The notes: generated by a model not told the origin, from the sequence alone. A stretch of 64,000 nucleotides of DNA from an uncultured Ignavibacteriales bacterium (GCA_964549765.1 CAZJWR010000002.1:30691-94690), one strand, 5' to 3'. Counted from the stretch's first letter, positions 27,385-36,879 are shown. A program made the numbers and translations.

Positions 27385-28268
27385 TGGGCGACCTTCTTCC
27401 GTTGTTTCTCGACCAGCGCTTTCGCAAAAAGGGCGGCACCGAGCGCTCCGGCGATCTGGGTGTCGTATTGGGATTTCAGCGCCGTAAGATCCAGTTCCTT
27501 TTCGAGGCGGGTCACCACGCCTGCGTTTTTGGCGATGCCGCCGGTGATGGCGAATTCTTTTTGGACGCCGATGCGTTCCAGAAGCGACACGACCCGGTGC
27601 GCCATGGCCGAGCAGTAGGCCGCCAGGACGCGCTTTTTCGACCAGCCCTCGCGCAGCAGGGACGACGCTTCGGATTTGGCGAAAACGACACAGGTCGACG
27701 ACACCGGCGGCGGTTCTTCGTCCACGTCCAGCGACATCTCGCCGACGTCTTCGATGGATACCGACAGCAGGTCGGCGAACACTTCCATGCCCCGTCCGGT
27801 GCCGGCGGCGCATTTGTCGTTCATCAGGAAGTTGGTGACTTTGCCCTTCTCATCGCACAGGATTGCCTTGCAGTCTTGTCCGCCCATATCCAGGATCGTC
27901 CGCACCGATGACCCGTACATGAAATTGCCGCCCCGGGCGTGGCAGGCGATTTCGGTGATGGCGCGGTCGGCAAAGGGGACGTTGACGCGGCCGTAGCCGG
28001 TGCCCACCGTATAATGAATATCGTCCAGAGTCAGGCCGGTGTTTTCCATGGCCCATGTGATCGCCTTGCGGGCGCTGTCCGGGCTGTCGGAGCCCGTGCG
28101 CATATTCGAATACGCGAACAGCTTGCCATCGACCAGAATCACCGCCTGGGAACTGACCGATCCGACGTCAACACCGGCCGAGATGGTCTCGGCTCCTTTC
28201 GGATCCATGTTCTTGTCGCGCCAGTTATATTCTTTCCACCGCCAGTATTCTTTTACTTGTTCCGTCAT
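27381..28268 (-). CDS. bzdQ: benzoyl-CoA reductase ATPase subunit, short alpha type (BzdQ-like / BcrA family)
   Basis: The 295-aa BcrAD/BadFG ATPase has GVDVGSVSSQAVI, LDMGGQDCK and NDKCAAGTGRGMEV. Its size and fourth position match the Bzd (Azoarcus-type) arrangement. Confidence 0.65.
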   Translation of the reverse strand: MTEQVKEYWRWKEYNWRDKNMDPKGAETISAGVDVGSVSSQAVILVDGKLFAYSNMRTGSDSPDSARKAITWAMENTGLTLDDIHYTVGTGYGRVNVPFADRAITEIACHARGGNFMYGSSVRTILDMGGQDCKAILCDEKGKVTNFLMNDKCAAGTGRGMEVFADLLSVSIEDVGEMSLDVDEEPPPVSSTCVVFAKSEASSLLREGWSKKRVLAAYCSAMAHRVVSLLERIGVQKEFAITGGIAKNAGVVTRLEKELDLTALKSQYDTQIAGALGAALFAKALVEKQRKKVAQ

Positions 28269-29041
28269 GACTGCACCCTTTCGCTCGCGACCACGGCCGC
28301 TCCCAACGCGCCCACGAATTCCGCATCTTTCGGAACGCTTACTTCCATTTCCAATGCCCGGCTGAGGGCGTCGACGAATCCGGGATTGTACGACACCCCG
28401 CCCACCAGAGCCACGTCCTTATTGATTCCCACCCGCCGGACCATGGATACGATGCGGCTCGAGATGGCATCGTGCACGGCCCGGGCGATATCCTGCTTCG
28501 GGGTTTTGGCGTGCACCAGCGAGACGACTTCGCTTTCGGCGAACACCGCGCACTGGGCGTTCATGGGCGTCGTCTTGTCCGACTGGAGCGATAATTTTCC
28601 GAATTCCTCGAGTGAGACTTCCAGAGCGCGCGCCATCGCTTCGGCAAATGCGCCGGCGCCGGCGGCGCATTTTTCGTTGACGGCAAAATCGACGACCTTG
28701 CCGGTCTCTTCCAGTTTTATGCCGCGGCCTTCCTCCGCCCCGACGTCAATTACCGTCCGGACGTTTTTCATCAGATGATTGATTCCCTTGGCAGCGGCGC
28801 CCACGTCGGTGATATCCGAATTGATATTGGGAGCGGATTTTCGTCCGGCCCCGGTCGACGTGATATGCTTGATATCGGCGACTCCGATCCCCGATTCTTT
28901 GGCCGCCTGTGCCAGACATTCCGAGGCCGACTCGGTGGAGTCAAAACCGGTTGCGACCTTCGCCTTGCCGGCGATTTCCCCGTCTTTCAGGATGACCGCC
29001 TTGATATATTTGGCCCCCATGTCTATTCCGGCTGTAATCAT
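28265..29041 (-). CDS. bzdP: benzoyl-CoA reductase ATPase subunit (BzdP-like / BcrD family)
   Basis: The start at 29041 (MITAGIDMGAKYIK) has GGAGG 7 nt upstream. It has IDVGAEEGR and NEKCAAGAGAFAE. It overlaps the next gene by 4 nt. Confidence 0.65.
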   Translation of the reverse strand: MITAGIDMGAKYIKAVILKDGEIAGKAKVATGFDSTESASECLAQAAKESGIGVADIKHITSTGAGRKSAPNINSDITDVGAAAKGINHLMKNVRTVIDVGAEEGRGIKLEETGKVVDFAVNEKCAAGAGAFAEAMARALEVSLEEFGKLSLQSDKTTPMNAQCAVFAESEVVSLVHAKTPKQDIARAVHDAISSRIVSMVRRVGINKDVALVGGVSYNPGFVDALSRALEMEVSVPKDAEFVGALGAAVVASERVQS

Positions 29042-29098
29042 TATGCTTCCTCCGCTCACTAAATGTCTATTCCAAACGCGCTATCGTCGATCGCTTCG

Positions 29099-30415
29099 TT
29101 ACGGGGCAGCCGTGGATGTGTTCTGCATCGTGACGCCCAATGTTTCCATGAAAGAATCGATCCGCACCATAACCCGTTTCTCATCGAATTCCCGCTCGTC
29201 TCCCATGTTGCCTTCGAAGGTCATAACCGGCACGCCGGCTTTGGCGATACCGAGGCGATTTTCCATGATGCCGCAGGAAAGTCCCTCGCATCCCCGGTTC
29301 AGGTGAAGCATGACCCCGTCCAGTTGCCATTGCTTGACGATCTGAAGCATCATGTCGGTCTTGAGGTTGGGATCGTAAAAATGCTGCCATTCGGGCTTGG
29401 AGAGATTCCAATCGGCCAATACTCGCAGGGCCTGATCGCGAGTGGTGATCTTTTCGCCCTTCTGCATGGGCGTCGTCCTGGGGCCCCAACTGCCGTCGGG
29501 CTTGGTTTCCCAGATGCCGATCAGGCCGAAGGTATACAGCGATCCGACCGAGATCGCGCCGTATTTTTCCAGATACCGGAACACCTTGAGAAATCCCCAC
29601 GGCGGCTGCGTGTCGGACATAAGCCGGCACGTTTCGTTGGGCACGGCGGCGATATGGTTCTCGACCCGGTATTTGACTTCGTCGCGGAGTTCCTCGTAGA
29701 AATCGGCGATTTCTTTGGAGTGCTTGGCGAGAGTCCCATGCACGTATAGCGAATACATGGTCTTTTCGTCCAGCGGCGCCGGCTTGGCCATATTCAGGCA
29801 ACAGACTTCCGCCCAGGTGGACGTCGACCGCGTTTCGTTCTCGACGGCCTCGATCAGGAGTTCATCCTGATACTTGCGGCCGGTGACCTTTTCGAGCCAT
29901 TCGATCGATTCGTGCATCTGATTGACGACAAACATCAGTCGATTCTCGTCGATATCCTTGTAGGGGCCGACCGAGACATCGATGCAGAAATAGGGGATCT
30001 TCTTGTATTCGGCGACATGCTGATACCATTTCCCGTGGCTGCAGCAGATGTGATCCTGAAAGCAGAAATCGGGATCGGGGTAATCGCCGCCGAAGGCGTA
30101 CTTGCCGAGGTACATCGATCCCCAGTAGTTGCGCATATAGCTGCACAGATCGCGAGCCCACCCTTTGGCTTCGGCCGCTTCCAGACATTCCAGAGACAGC
30201 TTGCGGTCAAACGCGATCGAGGCCGCGTACGGCTCGCCGGTGACGTTGTATACATCGCGGCCCAAACCCGCCGGAATGGCGTCGAACGACCACGCCCCGC
30301 CGGTCCAGCGGATACCGCCTTTTTCGCGCGCCTGCTGGTAGTCTTTGTAATACTTGAGGCGCAGCTCTTTGGCTTTCGGCCAGCATTTCAACGGTTCGGT
30401 TTTATATTCAGCCAT
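29099..30415 (-). CDS. bzdO: benzoyl-CoA reductase large catalytic-module subunit (BzdO-like / BcrB family)
   Basis: The start at 30415 ([19 protein letters not shown]...) has GAGGAG 4 nt upstream. It is a 438-aa HgdB/BcrB-fold protein paired with a 374-aa partner and two ATPases. Confidence 0.65.
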   Translation of the reverse strand: MAEYKTEPLKCWPKAKELRLKYYKDYQQAREKGGIRWTGGAWSFDAIPAGLGRDVYNVTGEPYAASIAFDRKLSLECLEAAEAKGWARDLCSYMRNYWGSMYLGKYAFGGDYPDPDFCFQDHICCSHGKWYQHVAEYKKIPYFCIDVSVGPYKDIDENRLMFVVNQMHESIEWLEKVTGRKYQDELLIEAVENETRSTSTWAEVCCLNMAKPAPLDEKTMYSLYVHGTLAKHSKEIADFYEELRDEVKYRVENHIAAVPNETCRLMSDTQPPWGFLKVFRYLEKYGAISVGSLYTFGLIGIWETKPDGSWGPRTTPMQKGEKITTRDQALRVLADWNLSKPEWQHFYDPNLKTDMMLQIVKQWQLDGVMLHLNRGCEGLSCGIMENRLGIAKAGVPVMTFEGNMGDEREFDEKRVMVRIDSFMETLGVTMQNTSTAAP

Positions 30416-30438
30416 GATACTCCTCTTCATCAAATAGC

Positions 30439-31563
30439 CTAAAACAGCTCTTCCACGCCCAGCATTTCCAAAAACGCCTCCACCCGTATCCGCATCGGGC
30501 CCAGCGGCACGGTCACGTCGAATTCGAGAAATAGGGTCGGAAAATTATTGCCGTTCAGATATTCCTTCAGCGGCACCATGTCGCATTCATGGGGATCGCA
30601 GAATTTCTGCTGGATCAGGATGACGCCGGCGACGTTGAAATCCTTGGCTAGTTGCAGGATATGCGGAAACCGGGTCCGTTCCTCCCAGTCCTTGGTCGGG
30701 CACGGCGGGCGGTCGATATACCGGTTGGAGAGATCTTTCAGGATATCGCCGGAAAACTGCGTCGAATTCCAAAAATAGCGGGACCCGGTGCAATGGTCGT
30801 CGACGACGACCGTGGCGCCGACCGATTCCACCATATTGATAAAGGCCGTGTCGTCGTCCTCGGACCCGACGATCATGAGACGCGCGCCGGTGTCGCGGTC
30901 GAGCTTGCGCGATTTCAATCCCAGTAGGATACGCTTCAATTCGGCATTGTGATCTTTTTTGTCGACGAAAAACGACGACGCCACCATGACCATCGCCTCG
31001 AGGCCGGTCAGGGGCGGATTGTCCCCCTTGCGAAGATCGTACACTTCATGCATCAGGCGGCGGTTTTCGTTGTAGAGTTCGGCCGCTTCCTGCATTGACG
31101 TGTCGGAGATCGTCTTCCCGGTCCATTTCTCGATCGCGTCTTTGAATTTGACCAGCTCTCCCGCGAAGTAGGAGCGGGCGTGTTCCGTCTGCACCTTGTT
31201 CGGCATGTAAAGATAAAACGAGAAATCCTCGGGCACGTGGTTTCGCCACGAGGTGAAGGCCTGCCGCAGATGCAGGCAGGACTGGGAAAGCACGATACCC
31301 TTCATGTAGTCGTAGCGGCCCTTCAGCCCCTGTGCCAGGACGTCCCGGCAGAAGGGACAAAACATCCCGAAAATATGCGGTTCGGTGACATCCTGCGGTT
31401 CGTGAGCGCCGAGCATCCGCACCGGCAGCATGCCGGCGGCATAGAGCAGTTCCTCGGGCACATAACTGCAGAAGCAGCCGACGACCTGACCGTCATTTTT
31501 CGCGAGCCAGTCGCGGGCGTAGTCATGACGGTTCTTGTACCAGTCAAAAAACTTCTCGAACAT
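30439..31563 (-). CDS. bzdN: benzoyl-CoA reductase subunit (BzdN-like / BcrC family)
   Basis: The 374-aa protein has ...[23 protein letters not shown]... and ...KFCDPHECD..., typical of the HgdA/BcrC fold. It is the first gene of the N-O-P-Q order. Confidence 0.65.
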   Translation of the reverse strand: MFEKFFDWYKNRHDYARDWLAKNDGQVVGCFCSYVPEELLYAAGMLPVRMLGAHEPQDVTEPHIFGMFCPFCRDVLAQGLKGRYDYMKGIVLSQSCLHLRQAFTSWRNHVPEDFSFYLYMPNKVQTEHARSYFAGELVKFKDAIEKWTGKTISDTSMQEAAELYNENRRLMHEVYDLRKGDNPPLTGLEAMVMVASSFFVDKKDHNAELKRILLGLKSRKLDRDTGARLMIVGSEDDDTAFINMVESVGATVVVDDHCTGSRYFWNSTQFSGDILKDLSNRYIDRPPCPTKDWEERTRFPHILQLAKDFNVAGVILIQQKFCDPHECDMVPLKEYLNGNNFPTLFLEFDVTVPLGPMRIRVEAFLEMLGVEELF

Positions 31564-31579
31564 AATCCTCCTGCGATTC

Positions 31580-32197
31580 TTATAATGCGTTTATACCATT
31601 CAGAAATATTTGCAGAAAACGTGAAGACATGGCATCGACATCGGCGTTTCTTTCGGGATCATACCACATATAAACCCAATTGAGCGACCCGAACAGAAAC
31701 AGCGTCGCCTGATCGATGTCGTCTTTGGTACCTCGGCAGGCTTCGGCGACGGCGCTGCGAACCAGGCGGAAATATTCCCGCCGGGTTTCCAGAACGCCCT
31801 TGTAATATTTACCGGACAACGAGTCGATTTCGTGGATGCAGACCCGGAATTCATCGGTGTGGTTGACGAAAAACTGAAAATGATTATCGATGACCGCCTT
31901 CAGTTTATCTTCGGGCGTCGCCGATTCATCCATTTTCGTCCTCAGCCGTTCGACCAGGGTGGAAAACGCATGATGCTGGATGGCATAGAGCACTTCGTCT
32001 TTGCTCTTGAAGTAGTAATAGATGCCGGACAAACCCACGTTGCCTTCGGCGGCCACGTCGCGGACGGAAGCCCCGTCGAAGCCGTTCCTGGCGATCACCT
32101 TGGCGGCGGCTTCCAGAATCGACGCCATCCGTTTTTCGTAAGTGTTGCGGCGGCGGGTGGCTGAGGATTTTGCCTTTGTTTTTGCGACGGCAGCCAC
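31580..32197 (-). CDS. TetR/AcrR-family transcriptional regulator (GTG start)
   Basis: The HTH region is ILEAAAKVIARNGFDGASVRDVAAEGNVGLSGIYYYFKSKDEV. It ends 16 nt upstream of bzdN on the same strand. AAGGAAG lies 9 nt before the GTG. Confidence 0.85.
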   Translation of the reverse strand: MAAVAKTKAKSSATRRRNTYEKRMASILEAAAKVIARNGFDGASVRDVAAEGNVGLSGIYYYFKSKDEVLYAIQHHAFSTLVERLRTKMDESATPEDKLKAVIDNHFQFFVNHTDEFRVCIHEIDSLSGKYYKGVLETRREYFRLVRSAVAEACRGTKDDIDQATLFLFGSLNWVYMWYDPERNADVDAMSSRFLQIFLNGINAL

Positions 32198-32220
32198 GGC
32201 TCTTCACTTCCTTATAAAAT

Positions 32221-32230
32221 CGAACGTTCG
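32221..32230. promoter_or_regulatory. perfect 10-bp palindrome CGAACGTTCG, candidate TetR operator
   Basis: It sits between the -10 element (32236-32241 on the minus strand) and the tetR start codon, at or near the predicted transcription start. Confidence 0.4.
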
Positions 32231-32235
32231 TTCAA

Positions 32236-32265
32236 ATTATACACAAAAAGTCCCAAAAAAGTCAA
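32236..32265 (-). promoter_or_regulatory. sigma70-type promoter of the tetR-bzd operon
   Basis: The minus strand reads TTGACT-18 nt-TATAAT. The palindrome follows immediately downstream. Confidence 0.5.
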
Positions 32266-32309
32266 GAGAATTTTCTGGTCTGGAAATAAATACCCCCCGG
32301 GGAATTTGT

Positions 32310-32343
32310 GGCTGGCGGACGTCCCCGTCTGCCAGCCTTTTTT
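32310..32343 (+). terminator. orphan intrinsic-terminator-like hairpin on the plus strand (no upstream plus-strand ORF)
   Basis: GGCTGGCGGACG-TCCC-CGTCTGCCAGCC is a 12-bp stem with one mismatch, followed by TTTTTT. It lies 250 nt upstream of the Mo-enzyme operon. Confidence 0.5.
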
Positions 32344-32416
32344 GAGAATCACATCACCGTTGGCGCACGAGGACGTACGCCAACCACTAATGGTGATTGC
32401 GTAGATGGGATACAAC

Positions 32417-32451
32417 AGATTGCTTCACCCGCAGGGCGGGTTCGCAATGAC
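32417..32451. repeat. REP-like palindromic element (GTCATTGCGA...GAAGCAATCT family), short copy, minus orientation
   Basis: The reverse complement reads GTCATTGCGAA-CCCGCCCTGCGGGT-GAAGCAATCT. It has the same termini as the copies at 36511 and 36653. Confidence 0.65.
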
Positions 32452-32591
32452 AATGGTGGCAGGGGTTGTTCAACAGGCCCTGAAGCAGTGCGTCACCCAC
32501 CTGTGTATAAAGGACTGTGGGCGGCCATGAAGATTTGCTGTTGCGATATGTGGATAACGATCATATATTCTTTCGTGCTTGAGGAAAATCT

Positions 32592-33626
32592 ATGACACTG
32601 CCGCGATTTGACGTCCTGGTTCCGAATACGGTCGAGGAGGCCTGTGCCATGCTGGCCGAACACGCCGATGACGGCGTGCGTGTCCTCGCCGGTGGCACCG
32701 ATATCCTCGTCGATCTGCGCCGCCCGATTATTCACCAGCACGTCCCACGCTGCGACGGCTGCCCGACACACCCGAAGGGCAATGTCGTCACCACGATCGA
32801 ATGCCGACCGGCTGAAACCGATCCGTTGATGGACCCCGCCGGTTCGTTGCGGGCCGTGCTCCAAGACCCGCGCCACGCCGCCCCTGCTTATCTGGTGTCA
32901 TTGCACAAGCTGAAACAACTCAAGGGCATCGAGAAATTGAAAGACGGCGGCCTGCGCATCGGCGCCCTGACCACCATCAGCGAAATCGAACGGCATCCCG
33001 ATATCCGTATCGGCTGGACGGCCTTGGCCGAAGGTGCGGACAGCCTGGGTAGTCCGCTGGTGCGCAATCGCGGAACGATTGGCGGCAATATCGCCAATGC
33101 CCGCCCCGCCGCCGATTCGGTTATCCCGACGATTGCCCTGGGGGGAAAACTGACGCTTACGCGGCCTTCTGGATTGCGAGTCGTGCCGGCCGAGGATTTT
33201 CCGCGAGGACCGGGGCTTTCGGTCATCGAGCCGGATGAAATCCTAACCGAAATCCATTACCCACCGCCGTTGCCGTATTCGGGGAGCGCCTACTACAAGC
33301 TCGCCAACCGAAAAGCGCTCGAAATTTCGATGGTCGGTGTCGCCGTCTGGATGGCGCTGGAATCGCCCGACGGCCCGGTCAAAGATATCCGCGTCGCTCT
33401 TGGCGCGGTCGGCCCAACGCCGATTCTGGCGGAATCGGTGAAAAAGGTCTTAATCGGCAAAATTCCCGATGAATCGATACTTATGAAAGCAGCCAAAGCC
33501 GCTGCCGGGGATGCTCGCCCGATCGATGATCATCGCGGCTCGGCCTGGTACCGAGTGATGATGGTCGAATTGCTGACGTTGCGTCTTTTGAGAATCGTAC
33601 TGAACCGGGCCCGTGGAGATAAATGA
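32592..33626 (+). CDS. FAD-binding (medium) subunit of a xanthine dehydrogenase/CO dehydrogenase-family molybdoenzyme, with an extra Cys/His-rich insertion
   Basis: ...VLAGGTDILVDL... and ...TIGGNIANARPAADS... are CoxM/XdhB-type motifs. It is 344 aa, and I recall typical subunits being shorter (roughly 290 aa). The insertion spans about residues 45-97. Confidence 0.8.
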   Translation: MTLPRFDVLVPNTVEEACAMLAEHADDGVRVLAGGTDILVDLRRPIIHQHVPRCDGCPTHPKGNVVTTIECRPAETDPLMDPAGSLRAVLQDPRHAAPAYLVSLHKLKQLKGIEKLKDGGLRIGALTTISEIERHPDIRIGWTALAEGADSLGSPLVRNRGTIGGNIANARPAADSVIPTIALGGKLTLTRPSGLRVVPAEDFPRGPGLSVIEPDEILTEIHYPPPLPYSGSAYYKLANRKALEISMVGVAVWMALESPDGPVKDIRVALGAVGPTPILAESVKKVLIGKIPDESILMKAAKAAAGDARPIDDHRGSAWYRVMMVELLTLRLLRIVLNRARGDK

Positions 33627-34090
33627 AAAAGATCATTTCATTGACCGTTAACGGCGTTGAGCATGAAGTCGCCGTCGAACCGCGCCGGACGCTTCTGGAG
33701 CTTATCCGCGACGATCTGGGTCTGACCGGAACCAAAAGGGGCTGCGGCATAGGCGATTGCGGGACGTGCACGGTATTGATGGACGGCGTGGCGACGTTCA
33801 GTTGCCTGACGCTGGCGATTCAGGCGGAAGGGTGCACGATTGAAACGGTGGAGGGATTGGCAGAAAACGGCAAATTGAATCGTCTCCAGCAGGCATTCGT
33901 GGATCACGGAGCCATCCAATGCGGCTATTGCACGCCGGGCATGTTGATGACGGCTACGGAGTTGCTGCGGCGCGATCCGCATCCCGGTGAGGACGATATC
34001 CGGCGGGCAATATCCGGGAATCTCTGCCGATGCACCGGTTACCAGAAAATCGTCGAGGCCATCCAGGCGGCATCGGAGGAGGCGAAATGA
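33623..34090 (+). CDS. [2Fe-2S] (small) subunit of the molybdoenzyme
   Basis: GCGIGDCGTCTVLMDG...SCLT and QCGYCTPGM...NLCRCTGY are the two canonical 2Fe-2S motifs. Confidence 0.9.
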   Translation: MKKIISLTVNGVEHEVAVEPRRTLLELIRDDLGLTGTKRGCGIGDCGTCTVLMDGVATFSCLTLAIQAEGCTIETVEGLAENGKLNRLQQAFVDHGAIQCGYCTPGMLMTATELLRRDPHPGEDDIRRAISGNLCRCTGYQKIVEAIQAASEEAK

Positions 34091-36462
34091 CCAAATATCG
34101 CATCCTCAACACGCGCGCTCCCCGGGTCGACGCCGCCGATAAGGCGATGGGAAAGGCGCTGTATACCGACGATCTCAAACGGCCGAATATACTGTACGCG
34201 GCAATCCTTCACAGCCCGCTGGCGCATGCCCGCATATTGAATATCGATACCTCCCGCGCTGAACGTCTGCCGGGTGTCAAAGCGGTGGTGACATACCGCG
34301 AAGCGGGCACGACACCGTACGGTGTCAGCCCGGCCCGGTACGACGAAACGATTTTTTGCCATGATAAGGTCCGCTACGTCGGCGATGAAATCGCGGCTGT
34401 GGCCGCGGTCGACCTGGATACCGCTATCGAGGCCCGGAACCTGATTAAAGTCGATTTCGAGGAGTTGCCGGTTGTTCTGGATGGGCGCACGGCGATGGAT
34501 GAGGGACAGCCACAGCTTCACGATACGTATAAAAACAACATCTGCGCCGAAGTTCACTGGGATTTCGGAGATGTCGAGAAGGCGCGGCAAGAATCGTTTA
34601 TCGTCCGCACCGATCGCATGACGAGCAAGATGCAGGATGGTGCGTTCATGGAGCCGCAAAGCGTGCTGGCCGAGGTTGACGCCCACGGCAATCTGACCAT
34701 GTGGAGTTCCACGCAGGCGCCGCATTATGTTCAGCGGACGCTGGCGATGGCCCTGCATTTGCCGTTGCATAAAGTGCGGGTGATCAAACCGGCTGTCGGC
34801 GGCGGGTTCGGACCGAAAGCGTCTTGCTCCACCGCCGAACTGGCGACCTGTTTGCTGGCCATGAAAACCGGTCGGCCCGTCAAGCTGACGTTCGATCGCG
34901 AGCAGGTGTTTCTCCATTCGCGGGCGCGTCATCAGTTTTTCCATACCATGACCACAGGCGTCCGGCAGGATGGGACATTGGCGTTTCTCGATCATAAATG
35001 TATTCTCGACGGCGGCGCCTACGCCAGTTTCGGAATCGCTACGATATATTATTCGGGATCGCTTCTCGGCGGGCCGTATCGGCTGAAAAATATGAAATAC
35101 GACGGCTACCGGGTCGTTACCAACAAGCCGGCCTGCGGCGCTCAGCGGGGGCACGGCGCGGTCATCGCGCGGGCGTTGTTCGAAGTGCAGCTCGACCGCA
35201 TCGCAGAGGAATTGGGCATGGATCCCATCGAACTGCGGCTCAAGAACGTGATGGAGGCGGGCGAAACGACCTGCAACGAGCTTTTTGTCAGCAGTTTCGG
35301 CATGCGTGAAGCGCTTGAAGCCGTGCGGGATTCCGCCGCATGGAAAAAGAAACGTTCAGCGGCTGGCAAAACCCGAAGTGAAGGGAAAGGCATCGGCGCC
35401 GCCTGCGGCTTCTTTGTTTCCGGGGCCGGGTATTCGATCTACCGGAGCCGCACCTATCACTGCACGGTCGTCACCAAGGCCGACGAAGTCGGCGGCGGGG
35501 TTACAGTGTCGTCGGGTGCGGCCGATATCGGCCAGGGTTCGGATACCGTGCTGGCCATGATCACGGCCGAGGAACTGGGCCTCACGATGGATGATGTCCG
35601 GGTCGTATCGGGAGATTCCAATCTCAGCGTCGATCTCGGCGCCTATTCCAGCCGGACAACGCTCATGACGGGTCATGCCTGCCGCGAAGCGGCTCAGGAT
35701 GTCAAACGACAGATACTGGAGGTAATCGCCGGGAAAGTCGGCAAACCGCCGGAAACACTTGATTTGAAAGACGGCAAGGTCGTGTCGTTATCCGATCAGA
35801 TCGATTTTTCCGAGATCAGGAAGGAATACCTGCAGGAGCACAAGGGGTTCAGCGATCTTCCGGATGGACCCGATCTGACGTTCGCCGAGGCCAGCCGAAT
35901 CGCATTCCTCGAAATCGGTTCAATCGTCGGTACCGGCAAATACCGCCCGCCGCGTCTGGGCGGATCGTTCAAAGGCGCGACCGTCGGCACGTCGCCCGCC
36001 TTCGGCTGTTCGGCGCAAGTTGCCGAGGTGTCGGTCGATCTCGAAACCGGCGAGGTCACGCTGGAAAATATCACCGGGGCACACGATTGCGGCTTTGCCA
36101 TCAACGTCACGCAGGTCGAAGGACAGATGCAGGGATCGATGATGATGGGCATGGGCGAGGCCCTGATGGAAGAAATCATCTACGACAAGAAGGGCCGCAT
36201 CGTCAACGCCAACCTGGCCGAATACAAAATCCCGACCTCGCTGGATATGCCGCATCTGGATGCGATCATCGTCGAATCCAACGAACCGCACGGCCCGTAT
36301 GGCGCCAAGGAAGTCGGCGAAGGCGCCATCATGCCGGTGATTCCATCGATCCTCAATGCCATCTACGACGCCACCGGTGTGCGGATCGACGAACTCCCCG
36401 TGACCCCCGAACGCCTGGTCGCCGCCATGCGCGCGGCGAAGGGCAACGCATCAGATAAATAA
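34087..36462 (+). CDS. molybdopterin-binding (large) subunit of the molybdoenzyme; candidate aromatic acyl-CoA or N-heterocycle hydroxylase/reductase (for example 4-hydroxybenzoyl-CoA reductase-like)
   Basis: The start at 34087 forms an ATGA overlap, with GGAGGAGG upstream. It has ...GKALYTDD...AILHSPLAHARI..., ...GGGFG.K and C-terminal ...YGAKEVGEG. The substrate is inferred only from the neighbourhood. Confidence 0.8.
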   Translation: MTKYRILNTRAPRVDAADKAMGKALYTDDLKRPNILYAAILHSPLAHARILNIDTSRAERLPGVKAVVTYREAGTTPYGVSPARYDETIFCHDKVRYVGDEIAAVAAVDLDTAIEARNLIKVDFEELPVVLDGRTAMDEGQPQLHDTYKNNICAEVHWDFGDVEKARQESFIVRTDRMTSKMQDGAFMEPQSVLAEVDAHGNLTMWSSTQAPHYVQRTLAMALHLPLHKVRVIKPAVGGGFGPKASCSTAELATCLLAMKTGRPVKLTFDREQVFLHSRARHQFFHTMTTGVRQDGTLAFLDHKCILDGGAYASFGIATIYYSGSLLGGPYRLKNMKYDGYRVVTNKPACGAQRGHGAVIARALFEVQLDRIAEELGMDPIELRLKNVMEAGETTCNELFVSSFGMREALEAVRDSAAWKKKRSAAGKTRSEGKGIGAACGFFVSGAGYSIYRSRTYHCTVVTKADEVGGGVTVSSGAADIGQGSDTVLAMITAEELGLTMDDVRVVSGDSNLSVDLGAYSSRTTLMTGHACREAAQDVKRQILEVIAGKVGKPPETLDLKDGKVVSLSDQIDFSEIRKEYLQEHKGFSDLPDGPDLTFAEASRIAFLEIGSIVGTGKYRPPRLGGSFKGATVGTSPAFGCSAQVAEVSVDLETGEVTLENITGAHDCGFAINVTQVEGQMQGSMMMGMGEALMEEIIYDKKGRIVNANLAEYKIPTSLDMPHLDAIIVESNEPHGPYGAKEVGEGAIMPVIPSILNAIYDATGVRIDELPVTPERLVAAMRAAKGNASDK

Positions 36463-36510
36463 CCCAGCCCACGTGAATCGTGATATTTCTATTCCCATAA
36501 AATGATGAAT

Positions 36511-36561
36511 GTCATTGCGAGAAGGCCGGTCGCTGTAAGCGAACGGCTGACGAAGCAATCT
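36511..36561. repeat. REP-like palindromic element, plus orientation
   Basis: GTCATTGCGAGAAG-GCCGGTCGCTGTAAGCGAACGGCT-GACGAAGCAATCT. The termini are partly self-complementary (ATTGC/GCAAT) and the core forms a GC-rich hairpin. Confidence 0.7.
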
Positions 36562-36652
36562 GTGGCCTGATTATGCACGCAAGCTGCGTGATGCGTAATT
36601 GTACGGATACATTATCGGTCTAGAAGCCCGTTCTTGATCATGGCGATGCTAT

Positions 36653-36710
36653 AGATTGCTTCGTCGCGTTGCGTCCGCGCTGACGCGTGGCCGCCGCTTC
36701 TCGCAATGAC
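36653..36710. repeat. REP-like palindromic element, minus orientation (inverted partner of 36511..36561)
   Basis: The reverse complement reads GTCATTGCGAGAAG-CGGCGGCCACGCGTCAGCGCGGACGCAACGC-GACGAAGCAATCT. Confidence 0.7.
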
Positions 36711-36809
36711 GGGGGCGTTTTTGTATTGCGGATTGATGCCAAAGCAGGACAGACAGTCGGATTCGGGGCAGACGAGGGTGTCTGCCGCCCACAGTAAGGT
36801 CAGATGCGG

Positions 36810-36879
36810 GAATTTAAATTGCGAAAGCGGGAACCCACCCTCGACCGCCTGCGGCGATCATCGGATAGGCCACCCTACC
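36810..36879. repeat. dispersed intergenic repeat, copy B (copy A at 6886..6957)
   Basis: See copy A. It is followed immediately by GCAATGAC, the terminal motif of the REP-like family. Confidence 0.75.
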
